Source: Camelus dromedarius (taxonomy: Eukaryota). From it: DNA of 64,000 bases. The notes below the pieces were generated by a model. The model did not search any database, was not told the origin of the DNA, and worked only from the letters and a program-made list of their open reading frames with translations. The number at the start of each line of letters is the position of its first letter. Position 1 is the first letter of the stretch. Below, one piece after another: positions 11,867-26,826 of this stretch. A program made the position numbers and the translations under genes. The stretch covers positions 64,544,001-64,608,000 of the forward strand of contig NC_087437.1 of NCBI RefSeq assembly GCF_036321535.1. The letters run 5' to 3'.

Positions 11867-12711
11867 AAGCAGAAGCCTACACTGCCTTTTTTTTATCCCA
11901 TTGAGAACCCTGGTAAACATTTACATCTCAAGGCACAAGCAGAGAAAAGCAAGTTCTCCTAGAAGGACTTGTTCCCTCGAGGTCAGAATTCTGAAAAGAA
12001 GTATTTTAGCAAGACAGCTTTTTCTGACTGCATATGCAAAAAGAACCAGTTTTGGAATTTTAAAAGAGTTTCATCTTAACCAATTTTCTCCATAATCTAA
12101 AGAATATTGTGGCCACACAGTGTTTAAAAAACATCACTTCCTTTTTCGTCATAGGATTATAGTTATAATTCTGTCAACCTGCTAAAATTGTTCCTTTGGG
12201 CTTTGAGAAGGAGTGGATATATTTCCCCTCATCCTAGCTGGGCACTTTTCCTTTTCATTTCAAATGACTAGTCAACAGACAGACAGACAGACAGATTTTT
12301 CTTTCTGAGGGACTGGTACGGAGTCTCTACTGAGCCACTCCCTGCCTCGACTGGTACTAACAGTGACCCTTCAGGTCCAAATGACACAAGTGCAAAAAGA
12401 AGGGCTCCCAGTGTGCACACCAGGGAATTTACCCAGTCTGGAGTACATCTCCTCTTCAGCAGCACAGTTCCTTTTCCCAACAAAAGTGAAAGTAGGCTGT
12501 CGGGGCTGAGCAGGGGAGAAGCAGGGAGAGTCTTGGGGAACAAACAGTTTAGCAACTGCCAGGACATCCCTGAAAGTCCCCCTCTCAGGCCTGGCAAGCT
12601 GTGAGCTGCTGGGTTCACATCAGTCCCAGCCAAACACTGTCAGCCTTTTGGATGGTGGGGGTGGCTAAGAACCACAGGGACGAGAGTCTTCTGGCTGGCT
12701 CACCAAAAATT

Positions 12712-13430
12712 TGTTACCAAACTCAGGTTCACCTGCTTGTCATTCAAGAATCTAATACCGAGTCCCTCAGAGCTACCCGAGAGGTTGCCTCTCAGGCTTG
12801 AAGTCCTCAGAAAGTCTGCCGAATAAAACATAATTCTCAACTTAAAAAGAAATAAAAGAACCAAATATTGAGAGACAAGCGTTGGGTAAAAGGAAAGATA
12901 GCTTTATTGAGGAAGTCTAGTCACCAGTGACCAATGATTCAATCAGTCGTGCCTCTGTAATGAAGCCTCCACAGAAACTCAAAAGGATGGGGTTCAAAGA
13001 GCTTCCAGGCTGGTGAACAGCTGGAGATTTGGGGAGAGTGGCACACATGGAGAGGGCATGGATGCCTTCTCCCCATATGCATCTCTTCCACCTGGCTGTT
13101 CCTGAAATATTCTTTTATGGTAAACCAGTAATCTAGTGAATAATCTGGTTTTCTGAGTTTTGTGAGCCACTCTGGCAAATTAATTGAACCACAGGAGGAG
13201 GTTGTGGAAACCTTTGATTTTATATCCATTCGGTCAGAAGCGCTGGTAACAATCTGGACTTGCAATTGGCATCTGAAGTGGAGCGCAGTCTTGTGGCACT
13301 TTACCTGTGGAATCTGATGCTATCCCCAGGTTGATAGTGTCAGAATTGAGTTGGATTGTAGGACATCCAGCTGGTGTTGGATTGCTTGGATGTGTAGGGG
13401 AAAATTCAACACACAGAAATTGGTTGCAGA
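12712..13430. mobile_element. Composite LTR cluster: ERV LTR end, inserted LTR R-region copy, MER21-like LTR
   Basis: 'tgttaccaaactcaggttc' LTR terminus; 12925-13430 has MER21-like motifs ('ccaatgattcaatcagtcgtgcctctgtaatgaagcctcc', 'gatagtgtcagaattgagttggattgtaggacatccagctggtgt'). Confidence 0.6.
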
Positions 13431-13946
13431 AATGTATTATCTTTAGAGAGACATTATTTGTAATATCTCAATATTATTTGTAATTCTCTTTTTTCCTTTG
13501 GAGAGAAAGGCGCCCTGATTTGCTGCTGCCTAGTGAGCATCTGGGTAATCCAGCACTGACACTGGAGAGGTGAAACAAAAACTCTTGGAGCAAGGAGGGG
13601 CAGGTGTAGTTTGATAGGGTATTACGCATGCTTTCTTCAGAAAGGAGAGAAGAGATGAAACCTACAGCCCACTTTTACCTTTGTGGCAACCCATGTGTTA
13701 AGGAAGAAAAATATTAGTAAATGTGATTGTTATAGTTGAAAGTGGCAGCAGTTAAGTCAATAGTAGTAAAATTCTACTGTGATACTATTTAGCAAAAGCT
13801 ACACACAAAACCAAGCAAAGACATCTGCCCACATGGTGTGTGGTACACTGTATGTGTTGTGGGAAACACCCAGAATCTCATCCTCAGGAAAAAGAAAAAA
13901 GAAGTGGGTAAGAACACAGACAGTCTGTTCCTAATAAGGATATAAC

Positions 13947-13952
13947 TTTATT
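13947..13952 (-). terminator. Candidate DTX3L polyadenylation signal (AATAAA)
   Basis: tttatt on plus, followed on the minus strand by a GT/T-rich tract; ~1.8 kb past the stop codon. Confidence 0.5.
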
Positions 13953-14379
13953 TATAGCTGATAGAGATGATAATACTTTCCACAGAGCAAAAGCAATAAT
14001 GCAAAGGCTTTCCAACCACTCACACAATATGAAACACACACCTTGCTGTCAAGGATCCAGAAATTAGCAGGAACCAAACTTTTGCTTTTTTGAAGCAAAT
14101 TTAGCTAAAATATCAATAGATACAAAACAATAATAACTGTAAGGCTTTAGTGAATCACTGAATAATTCATCAGACTAAGCTAAATATCTAATCTGATTTA
14201 AAAAAAATATTATTTACCTTAAGCTTCCTCAACTCTCTGGACAAAGAAAATGATTTTGGGTTTTTAAGTTCTTCAATCAAGACTTCCTTGGAGGAAATCT
14301 GCTTTGAGTACTGTGCAGGAATCCATTCTGAGAGAAGCTCAGAATAATGGGAACTCCCTAGCCTGCTCCACGCGGGAGA

Positions 14380-14600
14380 AGACCCCTGTAGAAGGCAGTA
14401 CAGCTCTGGGGCACAGAAGCCTTGGAGCCAGACTAACTCCTTCAAATCCTAGCACTTGTACTTATTAATTATGTGACCTTTGTGAAAGTACCTATCCTCT
14501 CTGTGCATCAGTTTTCTCAATTATAAAATGGTGATACTAATAGATATAAAGCTCTTATAAAGGGGAAAAATAAGGACACAATATTAACTATTATTATCTG
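14380..14600 (+). mobile_element. MIR SINE
   Basis: MIR core 'tgtgacctttgtgaaagtacctatcctctctgtgcatcagttttctcaattataaaatgg'. Confidence 0.7.
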
Positions 14601-15770
14601 AACAAAAAATTCATCACTTTTGGAGAGAGGCTGGGACATGGATAGCCAGGTAGTTTCTTACTATAACTTTCTTCTGACTTGGAGGACCATGTAAAATTAA
14701 ATTTTGACCGGTCATATATTCCTTATAGTAGGCTCACCTCTGGCCTTTTCTCTGTCCAGAGATTATCAGGGAGAAAGGTTTTAAGGCAGAAGGCGTGGCT
14801 TGATGGGACTTGGCAAAAGGATGAGAAAAGTGCTACTGTGGGGACTACAGTTACTAAGAAAATGATAGTCTATGGAAATTTTGGGGATTTGTCTGTTAAA
14901 ACTAGAAGTGGGGTATACTCAAAAGTATAATAATATCTAGAGGAAAAAAATGTTCAGAGGCATGTACCATTACTATGGAGGGGCAAGTGCATGCCACGTG
15001 GCAGATTACAGGGATCGGGGGAGCAAGGACAAAGTTAGAGGCCAGTCAGAGTTCAGAGGCCAAGTGTTCTGGAGTAAGAGACTTGGTTTTCCAAATCAGT
15101 GGTGAGGTCTCCAGAAATGGCTTCTTTACTCCTGCCTCTGCCCAAGATTCAGGGAGCATATATCCTCTGCTGGGTTGTTAGCAACCTGAGTCAGGCAGCA
15201 ACAATTGATTAAGTACCAGCCATATACCAGGTGTCCTGAAAAATAATAGCCTTGTTCCATTTATTACCAAAGGTTGCTCAGTCTCTGCCCTGGCCACTTT
15301 TCTGGCCGTGGGGCAGGGAGGGGAACGTGGGTCTCCAGTTTTCCATAACCAAAGCCTTCTTCTCCCCTATTCACACTAGGATTTTACTTTTAGGGTAGAG
15401 ATTAAAGGGCAAACAAACAAAACTGAAGGACTGCCCCACAGATGGCAATAAGAGGATCAGCTAGCAGCTAGTACTTCAGCTGCACAACACAGAAGATGAT
15501 TCCACAGCCACAATGCTCCACCTCCACAGCCCTGCAAGAATGCCATGAGAATGAGGCACAGTACCTCTGCAGCAAAATATTACACAGATCTTTGGGGCTT
15601 TTATCTTCCGTACAATTAAACACTCCAGAAAAACTTCTTATTCTTACACAAACCATTTCTTGAGATGAAAAATTTAAAAGGTGTTCTTACATAAAGATTT
15701 AGATTAGTATTTACTCTGCGTCTTTGACTGTGCCTTTTGCAAGCTGGGCTCAAGACTTCCCGTAGTCTTC

Positions 15771-15840
15771 TTACTCAATTCCTTTGTCTTTCAGCTCCTG
15801 TTTGACACGTTTCAGATAGTCAGGATCAGGGTAGCCATAA
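15771..15840 (-). CDS. DTX3L: DTX3L coding exon 5 (end of DTC domain, stop)
   Basis: ctgcag| then (C)YGYPDPDYLKRVKQELKDKGIE*; canonical Deltex C-terminus. Confidence 0.97.
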
Positions 15841-16658
15841 CTGCAGAAGGAAAAAGGCCCTTAGCTTCATCACAGATGGTTTTAAAGAATCTGTACAGTA
15901 GGTCCCTGGCATTAACATTCAGTGTTGCAAACACTCACAAGCAATCCTGAAGGCATATGACTGATAATTATTTGGAAGTATGCAGATGTGAGTCATTTAG
16001 CTAATGAGTAGGCCTAGCTGTCTGCCCAGGATCTGCCTTCCAACAAGACTTTTTAATTTTGAGTTCATGGTAAGCAGTGACTCATAAAGTTACAATATAC
16101 TATATTTTTATGGAAGGTAATAATTTTGCTACAGGAAGATTTTCACATTTGGGAAATTAAGTTTCAGAATACTAAGGGTTTGAGGTATTCTATCTGAATT
16201 TCATAAAGAACAATTGGATTGCCCATAATACAACTTCCATCATCATTAAGATTTTTCTAGACAAATATTAGCCAAGCATATTTAGGATGTCTATGGACTG
16301 ATGGAAGGGTTGAAGAAAGGGCGGTCTTAAAAGAAGTCAAAGTAATTAAGATTCCTAGGCTCTGCCCATCAAATAGACATGAAACCCCAAATTAAATCAC
16401 CTTAGATACCATTCATCTTGGATTCTGAAGATCTACCGCCCTTTGATAACAAAATTTATTCACTGTATGTTACTTTGTGGTTGGCAGGGTAGAAGGTGTT
16501 GGGAACCAGTCTTTTTGCCTTTGAGGTTATCACTCCAGATTAGCATCTGTCAAGATACTTAACTGTATCCTATCCCACTGGTATAAACTGTCTCCTTACA
16601 GCTACATCTGTAGCAGCCAAATTCTGTTTAGCCGCCATTGTGTTTCAAAAGATTCTTA

Positions 16659-16877
<219 letters not shown>

Positions 16878-17201
16878 CTATATAAGACAAGAAAATATCA
16901 AGTGAAAACATTCCTGTGTCTAAATTTTACTTTATCTATAGATGTGTTTGCAGATAGAGCAAACAAAAAAACAAAAAAAGTATTGAAGGTTTGCTCAGAT
17001 TCCACATATAATTCATATTTCTCCTCTTTCCCCAAATTCCTGCTGGGAACACTTATCCACCTTCCTGACTTCCCCCACCCCAACACATAATCACCACCCA
17101 CCCTTTCTCTGCCTTACTAGACACAAAAGATACCTAAGTTATAAGTAAATGTTACCTTCATCAGCATTTAAAACCCTTGCATATAATCATGGAGATAATT
17201 A

Positions 17202-18854
<1,653 letters not shown>

Positions 18855-19389
18855 CTAGAGAAACAACCACTATGACTTCTTTCAAATCCTTTTTGTAGAG
18901 GATGCAACGTACTACAGCCCTGGAGAGTTGGGGGTGGGGTGGGAGGTGAGGGGAAGAGGCTCAGGCACATCTCCAGAGATTCTGATGTAAATGTAGGACC
19001 TGAGCACTAACACTTTTAAAAGTTCTATGGACAGGGAATCTGGTTTCTAGAGCTGCCACTATCTGTTTGACCTTGGGGGTTGGAGTGATGGAAAGGCACT
19101 CCGGCTTTCTGGGTAAATTGCTGTGTTTCTCACTAAAGAATGTGAGCCTGGAAGGGAGTCATAAATCTGAGGAGGGTGTTTTTTCCTATAATTGTATTTT
19201 CTCTTCTACTCTCCTCCTTTTTAAAAAAACAAAACAACACTAACCCCCTAACTGCATGCAGTGTTGCTGGGTCCTCTAAACCCTGGCCTTTAGAAGCTCA
19301 AATATAAGACAAACACATGAGATTAGGCAAAAAAGGACAGAGACAAATTGAATGTACTATAAAAGCAAGATTTCTAAAGTTTTGCTCCA

Positions 19390-20510
19390 CTTCAAGGTCT
19401 TCACACATGCCATGCACATGCCATTTCCTCTGCCTGTAACATCCTTCCTCTAAATCTTCCTCCAGAATGTTTCCTGAATCCAGCCACTGCTCACAACTCC
19501 ATCAGGACCACCCAGAGTCCAGGCCATTATCATCCTGCACCTGGCTCACTGTAGCCCCTCCTAACTGGGCTCTCTCACTTTCCACTTTAGCCTCTTCCTA
19601 CATTCAGTTCTCCACGCAGCAGCCAGAGTAACCCTTTAGAAATATGAATCAGATCACTGTATCCCCCTGGCTCAAAACCATCTAAGGAATCTCCTAACAT
19701 TTAAGTTAAAATCCAAAGTCCTGATCTTCATCCCTCAAAGACCTGACTTCTGGGTACCTCTCCAAGTTCCTCTCTTACTCTCTCTCTTGCTGTCTGCTCT
19801 CCAGCCAGCAGGCCTCCCTCCTTGAAGGGGCTCAGGATGTAGGCTCCTGTCTGACTGGGTGGGGGTGTGTGTGTCAGCCTTGCACTTGTTTCTTCCTTCT
19901 GCCTAGACTTTTCTTCTCCTAGAAATCCACTTAGTTAGCTCTCTTACTTCATTCATGTCTCTACTCAGATGTCATTTCATTTGAGAGGTTTTTCCTGATA
20001 TCCTACTTAAAATAGTGCTCCTGTTACTGTCATTTATCCTGCTTTCTTCTTCTTCCTAGCACTTATCACTGCAGACATTTTGTTTCATATCTATTTGTTT
20101 CCTATTGTCTGGTTCCCTCACTAGAATGTAAGCTCCTTGAGGGCAGGGTCTGATGTGTTCCTGTCTGTATCCCCAGCTCCTGGCACACAGAAGTCATTGT
20201 CAAATGACTGCATGACTGGCTCCTTCTCAAATGTCACCTCCTCAGACACTGTGACTTCTGGTCAGAAATAACACAAACTCCTTCTTCTTCCTTGCCTTGG
20301 CCTTGTCACTCTCTAAGTGACAAAACCTCATTACATTTTTTTCTCAACACATATCACTCTCTGAAATGGTTTTCCTCATTTTGTTTACTTGCTTATTGTC
20401 TTTCTGTGTACCTCTCCACCCCCAGCAGGGACCTGGCTGTTGTGTTCACCTCTGTGTCCCTGTTGCCTAAACAGTGCCAGGCTCATAGTAAGTTCTTAGT
20501 AAATGGTCCT
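19390..20510 (+). mobile_element. LINE-2 3' fragments in DTX3L intron 2
   Basis: 'cagcagccagagtaaccctttagaaatatgaatcagatca' and 'ctagaatgtaagctccttgagggcagggtc'. Confidence 0.75.
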
Positions 20511-20561
20511 TGGACTGGAGAGGATTTTGCAGGAACATACCCAACTCCCCTCAATACTCAC

Positions 20562-20773
20562 CTTTCTGACACAGGAATCCACAGCATTAGGGATGTGCTT
20601 TTCATTTGGATGCTTCTCACCAGACCTCGCCCCTTTTTGTGACTGTGTCAGAGAAGACATTCTGGCCCTTGTATTCTTCTCTACTGCATTTTCATTGGGT
20701 TCCAGGAAAATAGTCACAGTTTTGTCGTCAACCACAATTTGGTGCTTTCCTTTTTTCAACACTCCCTCCTTAC
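20562..20773 (-). CDS. DTX3L: DTX3L coding exon 2
   Basis: (G)KEGVLKKGKHQIVVDDKTVTIFLEP...HIPNAVDSCVRK|gtgagt; 212 nt, phases fit exons 1 and 3. Confidence 0.95.
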
Positions 20774-21601
20774 CTTCAGTGGAGACATTACATATATGCA
20801 TAAACATAGAAATGGGAGATTTTAAATAATCCTCTTACTCATGCATCTGTACCCTGCCCCAGTACCCTCCCAGTAAGGGCTGCTCCCTGCATCCTGAAAT
20901 GGTGAGTTGGTGACAGGGGACCTGAGGGAGATATTCAGAACTCTTAATTAGGCAGCTTACATTTTACTGTAGAAAGGAAGGCTTAATGATAATGTAATAT
21001 CCACTCATTAAAAGTCATGTTCCTGAAACTGTCTCAGTATCCCATTTCAATGACATGGAGTAATGCTCATTATAAGTGAAAAAAAAATTAGGAGTAAAAA
21101 ATGTAGACCCAGTTTTGTAACTCTTTATGTACGTATATGTGTTTACTGACATTCAGAGGAAAAAGTCTGGGAGTAAATATACCAAAATGTTCAGATTGTT
21201 TTTCACCAGGTGGTTTTCTTCTTTATTCTTTACCCTGTCTTCTATAGTGAGGATATATAACTTCTGTAGCTCTCAAAAACAAATCAGTGGAATAATTGTT
21301 TAAAACATAAAAGCAGAATGGCAAGGGCTGACCGATGTCGGCGGGTGGGAAGGGTGTTTGTTCTTCTGAGAGCTGAGAATTATGAATCGGGACGAGGAAC
21401 TGGAAAGTGTCAACTTGAAGGCGCAGTCGGTCCAGATCACGGACTGGGCACTTCTGGGCTCTGTTCTCCTCTATGGGGCTGCGCCTCCTGGCTGCAGAAG
21501 CCCCTAGTTCCTGTCCCCCACCAGACGATACCAGACTTGCCTTCTCTCCTGAGTCAGCTTGAACTGGGTCTGCACATAATCCCCCGGAGCTGGACCCCTC
21601 A

Positions 21602-21955
<354 letters not shown>

Positions 21956-21969
21956 TCCCTTCTGTTTTC

Positions 21970-22012
21970 CGTCAGAGCCACTCCTCCTCCTCGCCTCGCC
22001 GCGGACTGCCGG
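21970..22012 (+). other. PARP9: PARP9 non-coding exon 1 (start approximate)
   Basis: Strong donor cgg|gtgagt at 22012/22013, just downstream of the ISRE. Confidence 0.7.
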
Positions 22013-22656
22013 GTGAGTAGGTCCCGTCTCCCGTCCCCGGGGCGGTGGGCGCCCGAGCCTCCAGGGTCTCCTCTCCTGCAGGCTCGGGCAGGGAGCGGGT
22101 TGGCGAGGGGTGGGCTCCCAGGGCCAGGCTGGTGAGGGTGGAGACTGGGAGAGATGCTCAAGGCAAAGTTTCTCCTGAGTTTGTGGTTCTTTTGACTCTT
22201 ATTGTTGTTACTTTCGTTTGCAGCTGAAATATAATCCACATTCTGAATTCAGGTTAAATTTACCAACACTTTTAAAAAATTTGAATTTGTTCACCTGCAT
22301 TATGGCGTATAACCCGTTACCTCCCTCTAACTATCGTTTAGACTGGCTCTTCCGGTTTTTCTGCCCTTCTTTCAACATTTAGCTCACAGTGCTGAACTGC
22401 GTGCTGCCCTGCGTAAAGGTGAGAGTGGAGGCACCTGACCGCACCAGCTGGGAAAGGGAGGCAGACTTGTGATTAAAGAAGCAGAATCTCTGGAAGGCTT
22501 CAGGCGGAAGTTTGAAGTAGAATCCTAAAAGAGAGGAGGAGGAGGGATGGGGAGGATCCGAGGCACAGGGACCACTGTATCTGAAGCACAGAGGGCACAC
22601 TGAGGCCTTGGAGGAGATGAGATAGGTGAGAGAGCCGACAGAGGAAGGGGCTAGAT

Positions 22657-22970
22657 CAGTGCTGTCCAACAGAAGTGTAATGGGGGCTACAGATTAATTT
22701 AACAATTTTTAGTAGCCATATTTTTTAAGTATAAGCAGGCGAAATTAATTTTATGTTCTTTAACTCACTATATCCTAAATTAACCGTTTCAGCATGCAGT
22801 CAATGTTAAAAAACATATTCATGAGGTATTTTACATTCTTTTTTGTCATCTTAAGTCATTGCAATCCAGTATTTATCTCACATTTACACCACCTTTCAGT
22901 TGGAATTAGCCACATTTCAAGTGCTCAAGACCTACATGTGGCTAATGGCCCACACTGGACAGCACAGTTC
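22657..22970. mobile_element. MER3/MER33-type hAT DNA transposon
   Basis: Terminal inverted repeats cagtgctgtcca ... tggacagcacag; internal 'tagccacatttcaagtgctcaa'. Confidence 0.75.
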
Positions 22971-24019
22971 TAGATGGTGAAAGGTCTTGAAAATCAATGG
23001 GGAGATATGGAAAGCTTGAAAGCAGGGCAAGCAGGAGAGTGTCATATCAGATATGCATTTTAGAAAGCTGATGTTGACAGTGATGTGGAGGGCACATTTC
23101 CATCTGTGATGAATGGAGGTGGAGAGGCCAGAGATAAGATTTTTGCACCTGGCTGGTAAGACTAGAAATGAGTCTGTCTTTATGGAGAGCGATTTGACAG
23201 TACTACCAGAATAATGACTGCATATACATCCTTGTTCTGCAGTTCCACTTCTAGGACTTTGTCCTGTTGACTGATTAGTACCTGTGTCAAGTGACCTATG
23301 TACTAAGTTATTCTTTTTTTATAATAGCAAAAGATAAGGAACTCCATAAATGTCCATAAAAAGGGGGACTAACTTACAGTGCATCTATACAACGGAATGC
23401 AATGAACAGTAGAAAGAATGAAGATGCTATGTGCTAATATGGAAAGATCTCTAGGATTCATTAATGGATAAGGCAAGATGCAGGGCAGTGTGTAAAAGAT
23501 GCTACCTTTTGAGGATGGGCACAGGCTCTGAAGAGCAGTCTGACCAAAGCTGGTGTCCCAGAGCATCCTCCCCATGAGGGCAAAGGCTCAGAGGTGAAGG
23601 AGAGTTTGGAGAACATCAAGTAGTGCCATTTCACAGCACTGCAGTTCCCCTGGAGCGTGGGGTATGTATAAAGGAATCTGGAAAACAGAAATGACAGAGA
23701 CCCTTGAATGTCAGGCTGAAGAGTTTGGTCTTTACCATAGGTGATGGAGTCTGCTGAAGATTTTGAGCAGAGAATGCTTCTCAAATAAAACCCATCTTTG
23801 TAAGTTTTTTTTTTTTTTAAAGATGTTACCTTTTATGTAAAAATGCCTCTGGAAGAATGCGGAAGAAGCTAGTAACTTATTGCCTCTAGGAAAGAAATTT
23901 AGTGAGGGGAGTAGGAGGGAGCCTTATACACTTTATAAAATTGAGCCTATTAATATAATACCTATTCAAACAATAAATGTACAATTAAATACATTTAAAT
24001 CTTTAAAAAGAATTTGTTG

Positions 24020-24800
24020 CCATAGTTCAGGCAAGAAGCCCTGAGGTCCTTAAGTGAAGTGGTATTAGTGGGCAAGGAGGGTAGGGCTATATTTGAAAGT
24101 GATTTAGTTGGACAGGACCCAGTGATGGGTTGAATATAGGACAGAAGAGAAAATTCTAGATTTCTGACTTGAGTGGATGAATGGTGTATCATTTACTGAA
24201 CTGTAGAATCCAGGAGATAAAGCTTGGATTTTGGAGGGGATTGGCTGAGGGTAGGTAGTGGTGTAGGGGACTGGGGATGAGGAGATTATGGGTCCAGTTT
24301 TGCAGCGTGTTTGAAGGGACTATGGGACATCAGGTCGACTTGAAAAATGAGGCTTAGGAGAGCAATTGCCTAGAGATACGAATATGGGAGTCTCATGCAG
24401 TTGGTGAGTTGAAGCCATGAGAGTAGATGAGATCACCCCTAGAGAGTGGGTAGAATGAGCTGAGATGTGCTTCTCAGACAGAATCCTGGGGCAAATGATT
24501 AATGGGTGAACCATGGATGTGAATCCAGGGGAAAGGCCTCTAAAGGTAAAGTGAAAAGTAACAAAAGAACCCAGGTAAGATGGCATAGGAGAAGCCAAAA
24601 AGCAGAGGTTCTGAAATCAAAGAATGAAATGAAGGATGAAACTAGAGAGAGGGGTCAAATAAAGATTATTAGGACAGAAGAGAGTCCCCTGGGGTTAGCC
24701 ACCTGGAGGACACTGACAGGCCGTTTCAGAGGATCCTGGGGGTGAGCTAGACTACAGTGGGTTGAGCAGGCAGATGGGCAGAGTCAGCCCCTTCATGCTG
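24020..24800 (-). mobile_element. LINE-2 fragment
   Basis: L2 antisense motifs 'gttgaagccatgagagtagatgagatcacc' and 'attaggacagaagagagtcccctggggttagcc'. Confidence 0.6.
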
Positions 24801-25948
24801 CCTGTGAAGAGGTAGGAACCAGTGATGGAAAGTTGGGAAGGCTTTTGTTGCTATTGTTTTTAAAATGGAAGAGATTGAATGTTTTGGACAATATGCTCTT
24901 TGTTTCTAATTTCTTTGGGGTTAAATGAATGCCACCCCCACTGCCAGGTCTGTCCCAGGACCTTTAAAGCCTGGGCTGAAGAAGAAAATTAAGTGCATCA
25001 TCTAAAGCAAAAACCCACTGGGAACCCCACAGCGGAAGCAGACGCAGAAGGCGTCCTTTTGTGTAAACAGCAGTGCCCTCTGGAGGCAAAAATGCATCTT
25101 CTTGTATTTTAGGATTGTATTTGGACTTAACTGCTTTTCCTGACGCTTAAGAATAATAGTGCTCAGATACTGTAGATAGTTGCACAAAGGTTTCCTATTG
25201 CAAAGGTATTAGAAATCATTTCATAGGCCTAAAGGCAACCATGTGGCAACAAGTGTGGGTAACTGTGTCTTTAGTCATTTTCGTCATTATTCTCCTCAAA
25301 ATCCAGTCTTTAATTCCTACCTGTTAGATGGGGAAAAAAATCATTAAAATATGTTTTCCCAAGGTCTCTGATCTTTATCTAGGTAGTCCCCATTCTAATA
25401 GATCAGGGATATTTATCACAAACTCAATACTATATGTCTTTCATGGCACAAGCACAGCTCCTTCTTTTTTCAGACACTCTCCAGGGGTCTTCACTCACTC
25501 ATAGACTGGTTTTTCCTCATTGTTCTTTGAATGCTTTGCTCAGTTTTACCACTTGTTATCATCCTCCTCTTCTAAATATGTAAAAGTCTGCTCCATCCTT
25601 CAAGGCCTGGCTCTAGCTTCACCTTCCCCATAAAGCTTCCCCTGCTATGTGCCATACAGCTATTTCCCTTTGAAATGCCATTACGGTTTCAACTGGAACC
25701 TCTCTTTAAAGGATGGAAGGTAAACAGTAATAGTAGCAGCAAAAACAATGTGTGCCTCTTCACCAATGAAATTAAAAACAACTCAAGATCAGAAATTGTG
25801 TTTAATCTTCCTGTTGTGTATTCTCACTAAATTCCTAAAGATGCTACTCAATGCTTGTTACATCCTTCTTTTCATTCCTAGAAGGGGGCTGCCATATTTG
25901 GGAAACGCAAAACGGAGTCAACATACAAAGACCCCAGAGACCTGGAAG

Positions 25949-25963
25949 ATGGACTTTTTCAAG
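25949..25963 (+). CDS. PARP9: PARP9 first coding exon (MDFFK); exon begins ~25882
   Basis: aagATGGACTTTTTCAAG|gtaaaa; human PARP9 starts MDFSM; acceptor ttcattcctag at 25881. Confidence 0.85.
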
Positions 25964-26792
25964 GTAAAAAGCATAAATGTATATAAATAATAAACCTTGA
26001 TCAGCATGTGAATGGTTCTTCCTGTAACAGCAAGAAATCTGGGGTCTTCAGTTACACCTGGCATTCTTACTTGGTTTTAATATCCCAATAAATTTTTCTC
26101 CTTGCCCCATGTGAGAGATGGGAAATCAAGAATATGCTAATCTAATCAACAGAGTCAACATGAGGATGGGTGATTTTTTTTTTTAAATGTCACTTCAGTA
26201 TCATTTTGATTCTCTACTCATTCAGCAGTTCTGCTTTTGCAGGATTGGGAAAGGGAGGGTGATGGAGGAGGAATAAAAATAAAGCCTAGGGAAAAGGCAC
26301 CTCATTTGTTTACCCTGACAATTCCACCTTCAGGCTTGTGTCATGAAATAAGCAGTGGAAAGTGGGTCCTTACTGGTAGATGGGGAGCTGTAGCCAATGA
26401 GGCCCATGTGCCCTTGTCTTTTCTTCTCCCTGGGAAACCCCACCAGCTTTTGGAGATTGGAGTCCTTTCTGAGAGTTTTGGGACATTTTGGCATGTGACC
26501 TTTGAGCCTTTCAAGCGTTAATCTCTAACCCTTCATCTCATCCTGAATTAAAGTGCATTGGCCTCTAGGGAAGTGGGATAGGGTCAGTGTTTGCTGGAAC
26601 ATTTAGTGTTTCAAGTATTTTAGGCACACTGATCAAACGAACAGATAAACAAATGTGTTCCTCTTTCCCCTCAAACCCAGTGCTTTTAGGAAGGTTTCTG
26701 TTGCTTTGTGTTTATTAGGCTGTTTGTCATCAGTAATCTGTAGTCATTCGGTCTCATTTTTTTTTTTTTTAAACCACTCTCACTTTTCACAG

Positions 26793-26826
26793 GGTGTTGG
26801 AGCAGCAGCTTACAGTGAGAAATCAG
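26793..26826 (+). CDS. PARP9: PARP9 coding exon 2 (GVGAAAYSEKS)
   Basis: ttttcacag|...tcag|gtagg; human VAGAAAYNEKS. Confidence 0.9.
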
